64,000 bases of DNA from a bacterium (GTDB taxonomy: Bacteria > Bacillota_I > Bacilli_A > RFN20 > CAG-826). Within the stretch, counting starts at the first letter, position 1, and every line of letters starts with the position of its first letter. Below are positions 1-8,410 of the stretch, piece after piece. The position numbers and the translations under genes were made by a program. Below the pieces are notes generated by a model. The model was not told the origin of the DNA. It did no database searches and worked only from the letters and a program-made list of their open reading frames with translations. Location: assembly GCA_963605025.1 (NCBI GenBank), contig CAVCSZ010000002.1, forward strand, positions 16,996 through 80,995, given 5' to 3'.

Positions 1-2087
1 CTATATATTTTCATTTCACAATATCTAGAAGATAAATCCATATTATATTTATAAAGTAAAGTATTCATCCAAGGAACTGTTTGATCATTAATAGTAGTCC
101 AAATAAATGAAGGAGGAGTAGTATTATCTATTCTATTTTCTATTGAATAATTATTTAAATTAATATCATTAATTTCATTATTTAAATAATTATTTCTACT
201 TCCTTCATGAGCATATTCTTTAAATGTAATAACAGGATAAGAATAAATTGAACCTTTAATTAAATTATTAATATTTTTATTAGTAGATGTTAAGCCTACT
301 AAATGTCCTCCAGCACTGAAGCCTATTAAATAAATATTTTTATATGTTTTAGATAAATATTTAATTACTTCTTCACTTTCTTTTTCCATTAAAGGATAAT
401 GGTTTGGATATACACTATAATTAAATAATGCAGTATTATAACCTAAAGAATTAAATTTATGCATTATTGGATAACTTTCTCTAATAGATAAATGACTATA
501 ACCTCCTCCTGGATAAATAACAATAATAGGAACATTATTATCATAATTAGAAGAAATAATTAATTCTCCTTCTAAAGAAGGATTTAAATCTTTTAATAAG
601 ATTTTATTAATATTACTAGGAGGATTAAGTTTAGTGTAATCTTGACTAATTAAGATTCCATCTTTTTCAAACATAAGTGGTTCAGGATCAGTTAATTTCA
701 TTCCTTTATAACCTTTTTTTCTTACTTTTATAAAGAAGATTATTAAGAATATAATTGCCATTAATCCAATTGCAATATTTGATATTCCCATTGAAATACC
801 TGCAGCTTCTGCACCTATTTCAGGGAAGAATGTTTGTAAAATAAATAATACTAATACTCTAATAGCAATTCTTAAAAGATTATTAATAGTAGCTAAAAAT
901 GTTTGTCCATATCCATATAATAATCCGAGTATTACTGAATTAATTGCTAAAGCAGGAATAGATAAACAATCATATTTATAAATATTTTTAATTTGATTTA
1001 AAAATTCAGGATCTACATTTTCAGTAGAGAATAGAGAAATAATTTGATCTTCAAAGAAAACTCTAGTTACTAAAAATCCTAATAAAGCCCAAATACCTAA
1101 AATAATTGCACTTCTAATAAAAACTTTAAAAGTTCTTTTCATATTGTGATTACCAAGATTTTGAGAAACAATTGAAGATTGAGAATCTTCAAATGCACCA
1201 CCTGGATTAGTTACAAGTCCACATATATTATTAGAAATACCTAAAGCTCCTACTGTAAAAGAACCATAAACTCCACACATTGCATTAACAGAAACTTTAC
1301 CTAATGAAATAATACATTTACCTAAAAATAAAGGGAATGAAATCTTAATAACTTCTTTAGAATAAGACCATTTTAAAGTTAATTCTTTAAAAGTAATTCT
1401 AAATATATTAGATTTTCTAAACATTAATATTCCTGCCATTATAGACATAGAAAGTTGTGCTATAATACTTGCAAGTTCTATATAAATTAAACTATCTACT
1501 TTAAATCCATAAATAAATAATGTATTTAATAATAATTTAACTGACATATTTACAATATTCATTACTAAGATAATTTTAGTGTTACCTTTAGATTTTTCTA
1601 ACGCAATAGCGATATTATTAAAAACAATAAGTATTTGTTCTAACATTTGTAATTTAAAATAACCATCACTTATTGATAATAAATCATCAGGTACTTGACA
1701 TATTTTTAATATTAAAGTTGAAAAAGGAATTAATACAATAAATATAGCGTTTACAATTAAAGACATTGTAAACATATTATTTGCGTATTTTCTTGCTTCT
1801 TTAATATCACCTGCTCCATATTTTCTAGATACAAGTATTGCGCCACCTCCTGCAATACCTAAACCTAATGAAGATATTAAAGTTTTAATTTGTGATATTG
1901 TAGCAACTGCAGAAACACTACTATCTCCAATTTGAGCAACCATTATTTGATCAAGTAAATTGAAGAAAGAGTTCATAAATTGATATAAAAATAAAGGTAA
2001 AGTAATATAAATTACTATTTTCCAAATATTTCCTTGTAAAACTTGTCTTCTAATTTTTTCTTCTTTTGTAATTGTGCTTGAATTCAT
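1..2087 (-). CDS. MATE-family efflux transporter read in frame into a C-terminal alpha/beta-hydrolase (esterase) domain; the 3' end lies beyond the window start
   Basis: Minus-strand ATG at 2087. The frame was hand-translated at both ends and across the junction with no stop; an ORF lacking an in-window stop would be missing from the track, as this one is. My translation starts MNSSTITKEEKIRRQVLQGNIW... and is multi-TM and MATE-like to about aa 455. It continues ...KVRKKGYKGMKLTDPEP... with PGGGY and GFSAGGH (GxSxG) esterase motifs. Confidence 0.75.
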   Translation of the reverse strand, partial: MNSSTITKEEKIRRQVLQGNIWKIVIYITLPLFLYQFMNSFFNLLDQIMVAQIGDSSVSAVATISQIKTLISSLGLGIAGGGAILVSRKYGAGDIKEARKYANNMFTMSLIVNAIFIVLIPFSTLILKICQVPDDLLSISDGYFKLQMLEQILIVFNNIAIALEKSKGNTKIILVMNIVNMSVKLLLNTLFIYGFKVDSLIYIELASIIAQLSMSIMAGILMFRKSNIFRITFKELTLKWSYSKEVIKISFPLFLGKCIISLGKVSVNAMCGVYGSFTVGALGISNNICGLVTNPGGAFEDSQSSIVSQNLGNHNMKRTFKVFIRSAIILGIWALLGFLVTRVFFEDQIISLFSTENVDPEFLNQIKNIYKYDCLSIPALAINSVILGLLYGYGQTFLATINNLLRIAIRVLVLFILQTFFPEIGAEAAGISMGISNIAIGLMAIIFLIIFFIKVRKKGYKGMKLTDPEPLMFEKDGILISQDYTKLNPPSNINKILLKDLNPSLEGELIISSNYDNNVPIIVIYPGGGYSHLSIRESYPIMHKFNSLGYNTALFNYSVYPNHYPLMEKESEEVIKYLSKTYKNIYLIGFSAGGHLVGLTSTNKNINNLIKGSIYSYPVITFKEYAHEGSRNNYLNNEINDINLNNYSIENRIDNTTPPSFIWTTINDQTVPWMNTLLYKYNMDLSSRYCEMKIY

Positions 2088-2091
2088 ACTT

Positions 2092-2113
2092 AATGTATTA
2101 TAAATAATACATT
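2092..2113. promoter_or_regulatory. Perfect 9-bp inverted repeat AATGTATTA-TAAA-TAATACATT in the divergent promoter region (candidate operator)
   Basis: Read directly. It lies 5 nt upstream of the minus-strand ATG at 2087 and 129 nt upstream of the 2242 start. The minus-strand reading contains TATAAT. Confidence 0.3.
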
Positions 2114-2241
2114 TTAAATTGTTAAATAGTTTTTAAATTTTAAATTATGCTTACAACACAACTAACAATAAAAATTTACTAAACTTAATGAATATTTATT
2201 TTTAAATAAATATAATATAAAAGAATAAATAGGAGAAAATT

Positions 2242-4779
2242 ATGTCAACAATTAATATTGAAAATTTAAATAAGATTTATGATAATGGTTTCCATGCTGT
2301 TCATGATTTTAATTTAAACATTAAAGATAAAGAATTTATTATTCTTGTTGGTCCTTCTGGATGTGGTAAATCTACAACTTTAAGAATGATTGCTGGTCTT
2401 GAAGATATCAGTGGTGGTAAATTAATTATTAATGATGAAGTTTGTAATAAGTTAACTCCTCGTCAAAGAGGTGTTTCAATGTGTTTCCAAAGTTACGCAT
2501 TATATCCTACAATGTCAGTTTATGATAATTTAGCATTTGCATTAAGAATTGCTGGATTTGATGAAGATGAAATTGAAAGAAGAGTTAATGATACTGCTAA
2601 AATGTTAGGAATTGAAACATATTTAGCAAGACAACCAAAAGCTTTATCAGGTGGTCAACAACAAAGAGTTGCTTTAGGTAGAGCATTAATTCAAAATTCT
2701 AAAGTCTTCTTAATGGATGAACCTTTAAGTAACTTAGACGCAATTCAAAGAGTTAATATGCGTAGTGAAATTAGAAGAATTCATAATGAAGTTGGTTCTA
2801 CAACAATTTATGTTACTCATGATCAAATTGAAGCTATGACTATGGCAGATAGAATTGTTGTTATGAAAGATGGTTATATTCAACAAATTGGTACACCAAA
2901 AGAATTATATTTTGAACCAAGAAATATGTTCGTTGCTGGATTTATTGGAGATCCTCAAATGAATTTTATTTATGGAAAAGTTGAAGGTAATGATTTTATT
3001 AGCGATGAAGGTATTAAAGTTTCATTAGAAGGTTTTGATGAATCTAAACTTGAAAATGCTAGAAAATTAGAAAAAGTTGTTTTAGGTTTTAGACCTGAAC
3101 ATTGTGAATTAGGTGTTGATAAACGTGATAATTCATTTGAATCTTCAATGGTAGTTGAAGTTAATGAATTACTCGGTGACACTATGAATATTTATGGATA
3201 CTTTGGTAGTAAAAATATGGTTATCAAATGTAGTCCATTTGAAAAATTTGAAGTTAATAAGGAATTAAAGTTTGTGGTAGATTATAAAAATACAATTTTA
3301 TTTGACGCTAAAACAGAAGAAATTGTTTTTGGTGGTTTAAGTAAAAAAATACATGATAAAAAAGAAAGTAAAGTAAAAATTATGCAATTTGGTGAAGGTA
3401 ACTTCTTAAGAGCATTCACTGATTGGATGATTCAAAAAATGAATGATAGTGGAAATTATGATGGACACGTTGTAGTTGTTCAACCACTTAATTTTGGTAG
3501 AGTAGATGATTTAGCTAAACAAGATGGATTATATACTTTATATTTACAAGGTATTAAAGATGGTAAGAAAGTTAGAGAACACCAAGTTATTGATGTTTTA
3601 GATGACTTTATTAATCCATATAGAGATTGGGAAAAATATTTAAAATATGCTGAAAGTGAAGATTTAGAAATTGTTGTTTCTAATACTACTGAAGCAGGTA
3701 TTACATTAGATACTAGTGATATTAATTTTGATGTTACTCCAAATACATTCCCTGGAAAAGTTGTTGCATTATTAAAACATAGATATGAACATTTTAATGG
3801 TGATAGATCAAAGGGTTTAGGATTTGTTGCATGTGAATTAATTGATAATAATGGTGATGAATTAAAGAGATGTGTTTTAGAACTTTGTAAAGCTGCATCA
3901 TTAAGTGAAGATTTCATTGCTTGGATTAATGAAGCATGTCACTTTACTTCAACATTAGTTGATAGAATTGTTCCTGGATTCCCACGTGATGATTTTGCAA
4001 AAATTACAAGAGAATTAGGTTATGTTGATAATAACTTAGTAGTTGGTGAAATTTTCAATTTATGGTGTTTAAAGAAAGAAACTTGGATTGAAGAACGTTT
4101 CCCAGTTAATAAATGTGGTGAAAGTAGTGGAGTAGATGCTCGTTATGTTGATGATATTAAACCATATAAACAAAGAAAAGTTTCTATTTTAAATGGTTGC
4201 CATACTTGTATTGTTCCAGTTAGCTATTTAGCAGGTATTGATACTGTTAAAGAATCTATTGATCATCCAGTAGTAGGTAAATTTGCTAAAGATTTCGTTT
4301 ATAATGAAGTAATTCCTACAATTGATTTACCACATGATGATATGGTAGCTTTTGCAGACAGTGTCTTTGATAGATATTTAAATCCATTTGTTAGACATGA
4401 ATTAATGTCAATTGCTTTAAATTCTATTTCTAAATATAAAGAAAGAGTTTTAAGAACAGTTAAAAAATATATTGAAATTAAAGGTGAATTACCAGAACAC
4501 GCTTTATTCTCACTTGCTGCTTTAATTAAATTCTATGGTGGTAAAAGAGGAGAAGAAGATATTAAATTAAATGATAATCCAGAATATTTAGCATCCTTTA
4601 AAGATTTATATTCTCAAGATTTACCTTCAAATGAATTAGTACATAAAGTATTATCAAATAGTTCATTCTGGGGAGAAGATTTAACTTTAATTAATGGATT
4701 AGAAGCTAAAGTTTTAGAAAATTATGATTTAATTTCTAAAAAAGGAATGAAAGAAGCTTTAAAGAAATTTGGAGAATAA
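2242..4779 (+). CDS. uxaB: Fusion ORF: MsmX/MalK-type ABC ATPase (aa 1 to about 365) plus tagaturonate reductase / altronate oxidoreductase UxaB (aa about 381-845)
   Basis: The N-terminal part has Walker A GPSGCGKST, signature LSGGQQQRV, Walker B FLMDEP and a MalK-like C-domain. The C-terminal part begins IMQFGEGNFLRAFTDWMI, typical of UxaB. RBS AGGAG sits upstream. The junction contains an A7 run at 3343-3349. Confidence 0.85.
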   Translation: MSTINIENLNKIYDNGFHAVHDFNLNIKDKEFIILVGPSGCGKSTTLRMIAGLEDISGGKLIINDEVCNKLTPRQRGVSMCFQSYALYPTMSVYDNLAFALRIAGFDEDEIERRVNDTAKMLGIETYLARQPKALSGGQQQRVALGRALIQNSKVFLMDEPLSNLDAIQRVNMRSEIRRIHNEVGSTTIYVTHDQIEAMTMADRIVVMKDGYIQQIGTPKELYFEPRNMFVAGFIGDPQMNFIYGKVEGNDFISDEGIKVSLEGFDESKLENARKLEKVVLGFRPEHCELGVDKRDNSFESSMVVEVNELLGDTMNIYGYFGSKNMVIKCSPFEKFEVNKELKFVVDYKNTILFDAKTEEIVFGGLSKKIHDKKESKVKIMQFGEGNFLRAFTDWMIQKMNDSGNYDGHVVVVQPLNFGRVDDLAKQDGLYTLYLQGIKDGKKVREHQVIDVLDDFINPYRDWEKYLKYAESEDLEIVVSNTTEAGITLDTSDINFDVTPNTFPGKVVALLKHRYEHFNGDRSKGLGFVACELIDNNGDELKRCVLELCKAASLSEDFIAWINEACHFTSTLVDRIVPGFPRDDFAKITRELGYVDNNLVVGEIFNLWCLKKETWIEERFPVNKCGESSGVDARYVDDIKPYKQRKVSILNGCHTCIVPVSYLAGIDTVKESIDHPVVGKFAKDFVYNEVIPTIDLPHDDMVAFADSVFDRYLNPFVRHELMSIALNSISKYKERVLRTVKKYIEIKGELPEHALFSLAALIKFYGGKRGEEDIKLNDNPEYLASFKDLYSQDLPSNELVHKVLSNSSFWGEDLTLINGLEAKVLENYDLISKKGMKEALKKFGE

Positions 4780-4788
4780 TTTAATAAT

Positions 4789-6267
4789 ATGAATAAAACT
4801 CTTATTATTAATGATATTGATAATGTAGCAGTAGCATTAACTAATCTTAAAAAAGGAGAAGTATATAATGGTGTTACATTACTTGAAGATATTACTCAAG
4901 GACATAAATTTGCGTTAAAAGATTTCTCTAAAGATGAAAATATCATTAAATATGGTTATCCAATTGGAAGAGCATCCCAAGATATTAAAAAAGGTGAACA
5001 TGTTCATGAACATAATGTAGTTACTAATTTAAGTGGTGAATTAGAATATAAATTTAATGGTGACTTTAAAGATAATTTTGAACATAACTGTAATATTAAA
5101 GTTAAAGTATTTAAAAGAAAATTTAATAAATATGGTATTAGAAATAATTTATTAATTGTTCCAATGGTAGGATGCGTAAATTCAATTGGAGATTTAATTA
5201 AAGAAAAATTTATTAAAGAAGTTGATACATCTAAAATCGATGAAGTTATTGTAACTAAACATCCTTTTGGATGTTCTCAACTTGGAGATGATTTTAAAAA
5301 TACTGTAGAAACTTTAAAAGCTATTGTTAAACATCCTAATAATGGTGGAGTATTAGTATTTGCTTTAGGTTGTGAAAACAATCAACTTGATGATTTTATT
5401 AATAATCTTGGAGAATATGATGAATCTAGAGTTAGATTCTTAAAAGCTCAAGATGTTGAAAATGAAATTGATGAAGGTGTTAAATTATTAAAAGAATTAT
5501 ATTCTAATATGTTAAAAGATGTTAGAATTGAAGCACCTTTAAGTGTTATTAATATTGGATTAAAATGTGGTGGATCTGATGGATTTAGTGGAATTAGCGC
5601 TAATCCATTAGTAGGTATGATGAGTGATTTTTTAGTTCATCAAGGTGGCACTACTGTTTTAAGTGAAGTTCCTGAAATGTTTGGAGCAGAACAAATATTA
5701 ATGGCAAGAAGTAAAGATGAAGAAACATTTAATAAAATTGTTAATTTAATTAATGGATTTAAAGCATATTATGCTTCTCATAATCAAGTTTGTTATGAAA
5801 ATCCATCTCCTGGAAATAGAGCAGGAGGAATTACAACTTTAGAAGATAAATCTTTAGGTTGTGTTCAAAAAGCGGGTACAAGTCAAGTTAATGATTGCTT
5901 ATATTTAGGTGATGAATTAAAAGAAACTGGTTTAAATTTATTAAATGGTCCAGGTAATGATTTAATGGCATGTACTAATTTAGCATGTATTGGATGTCAT
6001 TTAATTTTATTTACTACAGGAAGAGGTACTCCATTTGGAACATTTATTCCTACTTTAAAAATTGCTACTAATACACCTTTAGCAAATAAAAAACATGATT
6101 GGATTGATTTCAATGCTGGTCAAATTGTAGATGGTGTAGATAAAAATAAAGTATTTGATGATTTTAAAGATTTAATTATTTCTATTATTAATGGAGAAAA
6201 TAAAGCTAAAAATGAAATTAATAAATTTGAAGAAATTTCAATATTTAAAGATGGAGTTACTTTATAA
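4789..6267 (+). CDS. uxaA: Altronate dehydratase
   Basis: 492 aa. SAF-like N-terminus (VAVAL...GHKFAL...GEHVHEHNV) and a long C-terminal dehydratase domain. Starts 9 nt after the uxaB stop with a GGAG RBS. Confidence 0.9.
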   Translation: MNKTLIINDIDNVAVALTNLKKGEVYNGVTLLEDITQGHKFALKDFSKDENIIKYGYPIGRASQDIKKGEHVHEHNVVTNLSGELEYKFNGDFKDNFEHNCNIKVKVFKRKFNKYGIRNNLLIVPMVGCVNSIGDLIKEKFIKEVDTSKIDEVIVTKHPFGCSQLGDDFKNTVETLKAIVKHPNNGGVLVFALGCENNQLDDFINNLGEYDESRVRFLKAQDVENEIDEGVKLLKELYSNMLKDVRIEAPLSVINIGLKCGGSDGFSGISANPLVGMMSDFLVHQGGTTVLSEVPEMFGAEQILMARSKDEETFNKIVNLINGFKAYYASHNQVCYENPSPGNRAGGITTLEDKSLGCVQKAGTSQVNDCLYLGDELKETGLNLLNGPGNDLMACTNLACIGCHLILFTTGRGTPFGTFIPTLKIATNTPLANKKHDWIDFNAGQIVDGVDKNKVFDDFKDLIISIINGENKAKNEINKFEEISIFKDGVTL

Positions 6268-6269
6268 AA

Positions 6270-7109
6270 ATGAAAATTGGTATTAGATTACATGATTTAA
6301 CTAAAGAATCATATAAAACTATATTTAAAAAATGTAAAGATGCAGGATTTGATTATATTCAACTTGTATTTAAAAAAGCATTATTAGATGATAATAATGA
6401 AATGATGTTATTTTCTAAAGAAAATGCTTTAAAAGTAGCACCTTTCTTAAAAGAATCAGGTTTAAAAGTATCAATGCTTGGAGCATATTTTAATCCTGTT
6501 CATTCTAATAAAGAATTAGTTAAAAATAATATTAAATATTTTAAAGAACATTTAAAATATGCTGATATATTAGATTGTGACTATGTAGGAAGTGAAACTG
6601 GTTCATATAACGATGATAAATGGACATATAATCCTAAAAATCAAACTGAAACTGGTTATAGAGAAAGTATTGAAATATTTAAAGATTTAGTAGTTTACGC
6701 TGAAAAATGTAATAAAACTGTTTTAATGGAACCAGCATATGGACATATAATGTATGATGTTGATACATTAAAAAGATGTTATGATGAAATTAATTCACCT
6801 AATTTAAAAATTACAATTGATATTTATAATCTTTTATATATAGGAAATTATAAAAATTATAAAGAAATATTTATTAAAGCTTTATCTACATTTAAAGATG
6901 ATATAAAAGTTATTCATTTAAAAGATTTCTATGTAGAAAATGATTCTTTAAAACAATGTGGATTAGGAAAAGGTATTATAGATTTTAATTTTATAATAGA
7001 TGCTTGTAAGAAATATTGTAAAGACGCTACATTAACTTTTGAAGGAGTTACAGGTAGTGATATTCCTACTTCATTAGAATTAATTAAAAAAATAATAAAT
7101 GAAAAGTAA
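6270..7109 (+). CDS. Sugar phosphate isomerase/epimerase (xylose-isomerase-like TIM barrel)
   Basis: 279 aa with an AP-endonuclease-2/xylose-isomerase-like TIM-barrel pattern. Starts 2 nt after the uxaA stop, so it is in the same operon. Confidence 0.75.
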   Translation: MKIGIRLHDLTKESYKTIFKKCKDAGFDYIQLVFKKALLDDNNEMMLFSKENALKVAPFLKESGLKVSMLGAYFNPVHSNKELVKNNIKYFKEHLKYADILDCDYVGSETGSYNDDKWTYNPKNQTETGYRESIEIFKDLVVYAEKCNKTVLMEPAYGHIMYDVDTLKRCYDEINSPNLKITIDIYNLLYIGNYKNYKEIFIKALSTFKDDIKVIHLKDFYVENDSLKQCGLGKGIIDFNFIIDACKKYCKDATLTFEGVTGSDIPTSLELIKKIINEK

Positions 7110-7128
7110 GCTTAATGCTTACTTTTTT
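7104..7128 (+). terminator. Intrinsic terminator
   Basis: Stem AAGTAAGC / GCTTACTT, loop TTAAT, then a T-run. It overlaps the stop codon. Confidence 0.65.
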
Positions 7129-7198
7129 ATTATTTTGAATAACTTTTAAAATTATTTATGATAAAATAATTAAGAATTAATAAGGAAATTATATTAAT

Positions 7199-8287
7199 AT
7201 GGAAAAGAAAATTATTTTAACAGGAGATAGACCTACTGGAAAATTACATATAGGTCATTATATAGGAAGTTTAAAAAGAAGAGTAGAAATTCAAAATAAA
7301 GGTGATTATGATGATATGTTTATTATGATCGCAGACGCTCAAGCTTTAACAGATAATTATGATAATCCTTCTAAAATTAGAGAAAATATATTAGAAGTAG
7401 CTTTAGATTATCTTTCATGTGGTCTTGATCCTAAAAAATGTCATATATTTATTCAATCTGAAGTATCAGAATTAACTGAATTAACATTTTATTATTTAAA
7501 TTTAGTAACTTTATCTACTTTAGAAAGAAATCCTACAGTTAAATCTGAATTAAAAATGAGAGCATTTGGAGATTCAATTCCTACTGGATTTTTAACTTAT
7601 CCTATTTCTCAAGCTGCTGATATTACAGCATTTAAAGCAAATATTGTTCCAGTAGGAGAAGATCAACTTCCAATGATAGAACAAACTCGTGAAATAGTTA
7701 GAAAATTTAATTCTATATATAATGGAAATTTAATTGAACCTAAAGCATTAATTCCTGATAATGAAACATGTAGAAGACTTCCAGGAACTGATGGAAAAGC
7801 AAAGATGTCTAAATCATTAGGAAATTGTATATATTTAAGTGATACAAAAGAAGAACTTCATAAAAAAGTTATGTCTATGTTTACAGATCCAAATCATTTA
7901 AGAATTGAAGATCCAGGATCTACTGAAAATAATGCTGTTTTTACTTATTTAGATGCATTTTGTACAGATGAAATGTTTACTAAATATTGGCCTGAATATA
8001 AATCTTTAGAAGAATTAAAAGCTCATTATAGAAAAGGTGGACTAGGAGATGTTAAATGTAAACGCTTCTTAGAAAATGTTTTAAATGATATTTTAGAACC
8101 TATTAGAAATAGACGTCATGAATTAGAAAATAATATTCCATATGTTTTTGAAACTTTAAAAGAAGGTAGTGAATACGCTAAAAAAGTTGCAGGTTCAACA
8201 TTAAAAGAAGTTAAAGAAAATATGAAAATAAATTATTTTGATGATGATTCTTTAATTAAATTAATGGAAGAAAAATACAAAAATTAA
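7199..8287 (+). CDS. trpS: Tryptophan--tRNA ligase
   Basis: HIGH motif (GKLHIGHY) and KMSKS motif; 362 aa; RBS AAGGA. Confidence 0.95.
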   Translation: MEKKIILTGDRPTGKLHIGHYIGSLKRRVEIQNKGDYDDMFIMIADAQALTDNYDNPSKIRENILEVALDYLSCGLDPKKCHIFIQSEVSELTELTFYYLNLVTLSTLERNPTVKSELKMRAFGDSIPTGFLTYPISQAADITAFKANIVPVGEDQLPMIEQTREIVRKFNSIYNGNLIEPKALIPDNETCRRLPGTDGKAKMSKSLGNCIYLSDTKEELHKKVMSMFTDPNHLRIEDPGSTENNAVFTYLDAFCTDEMFTKYWPEYKSLEELKAHYRKGGLGDVKCKRFLENVLNDILEPIRNRRHELENNIPYVFETLKEGSEYAKKVAGSTLKEVKENMKINYFDDDSLIKLMEEKYKN

Positions 8288-8291
8288 ATAA

Positions 8292-8317
8292 ATGTCCGTT
8301 TAAATCGGGCATTTTTT
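8292..8317 (+). terminator. Intrinsic terminator
   Basis: Stem ATGTCCG / CGGGCAT (one G-U pair), loop TTTAAAT, then T6. Confidence 0.7.
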
Positions 8318-8341
8318 AATATTTAAAAAAATTAATTTTTT

Positions 8342-8354
8342 ATGTATACAACAA
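8342..8354. promoter_or_regulatory. Candidate operator ATGTATACAACAA (palindromic core TGTATACA)
   Basis: The 12-mer TGTATACAACAA is identical to 24515-24526, upstream of the kdgA operon. It sits just upstream of the -35 box. Confidence 0.35.
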
Positions 8355-8358
8355 ACTC

Positions 8359-8387
8359 TTTACATTGAAGTTTATTTATTTTAAAAT
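8359..8387 (+). promoter_or_regulatory. Putative sigma-A promoter TTTACA-N17-TAAAAT
   Basis: Spacing counted directly. It lies 24 nt upstream of the ATG at 8411. Confidence 0.45.
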
Positions 8388-8410
8388 ATTAACAATGTAA
8401 GGGGTTTCAA

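Noticed and set aside
2345-2408. 64-nt stretch nearly identical (3 mismatches) to 15075-15138 in the second MsmX-like gene; possible gene conversion
   Set aside because: It encodes the invariant VGPSGCGKSTTLRMIAGLEDI block. With the strong AT-driven codon bias seen here, near-identical codons are expected. The flanks diverge immediately.
3480-3917. 145-aa antisense ORF inside the uxaB domain. Similar shadow ORFs are at 2970-3182, 12290-12508, 18754-18963, 23031-23225, 23449-23637, 24153-24344, 24597-24788, 25501-25737, 27938-28231 and 28820-29083.
   Set aside because: All lie fully inside, or antisense to, well-supported genes. They are Ser/Leu/Asn/Ile-rich as expected for the reverse frames of AT-rich coding DNA, and they lack an RBS.
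7110-7198. Looked for a T-box leader upstream of trpS
   Set aside because: The gap is only 89 nt and most of it is the upstream terminator. There is no specifier/antiterminator architecture.
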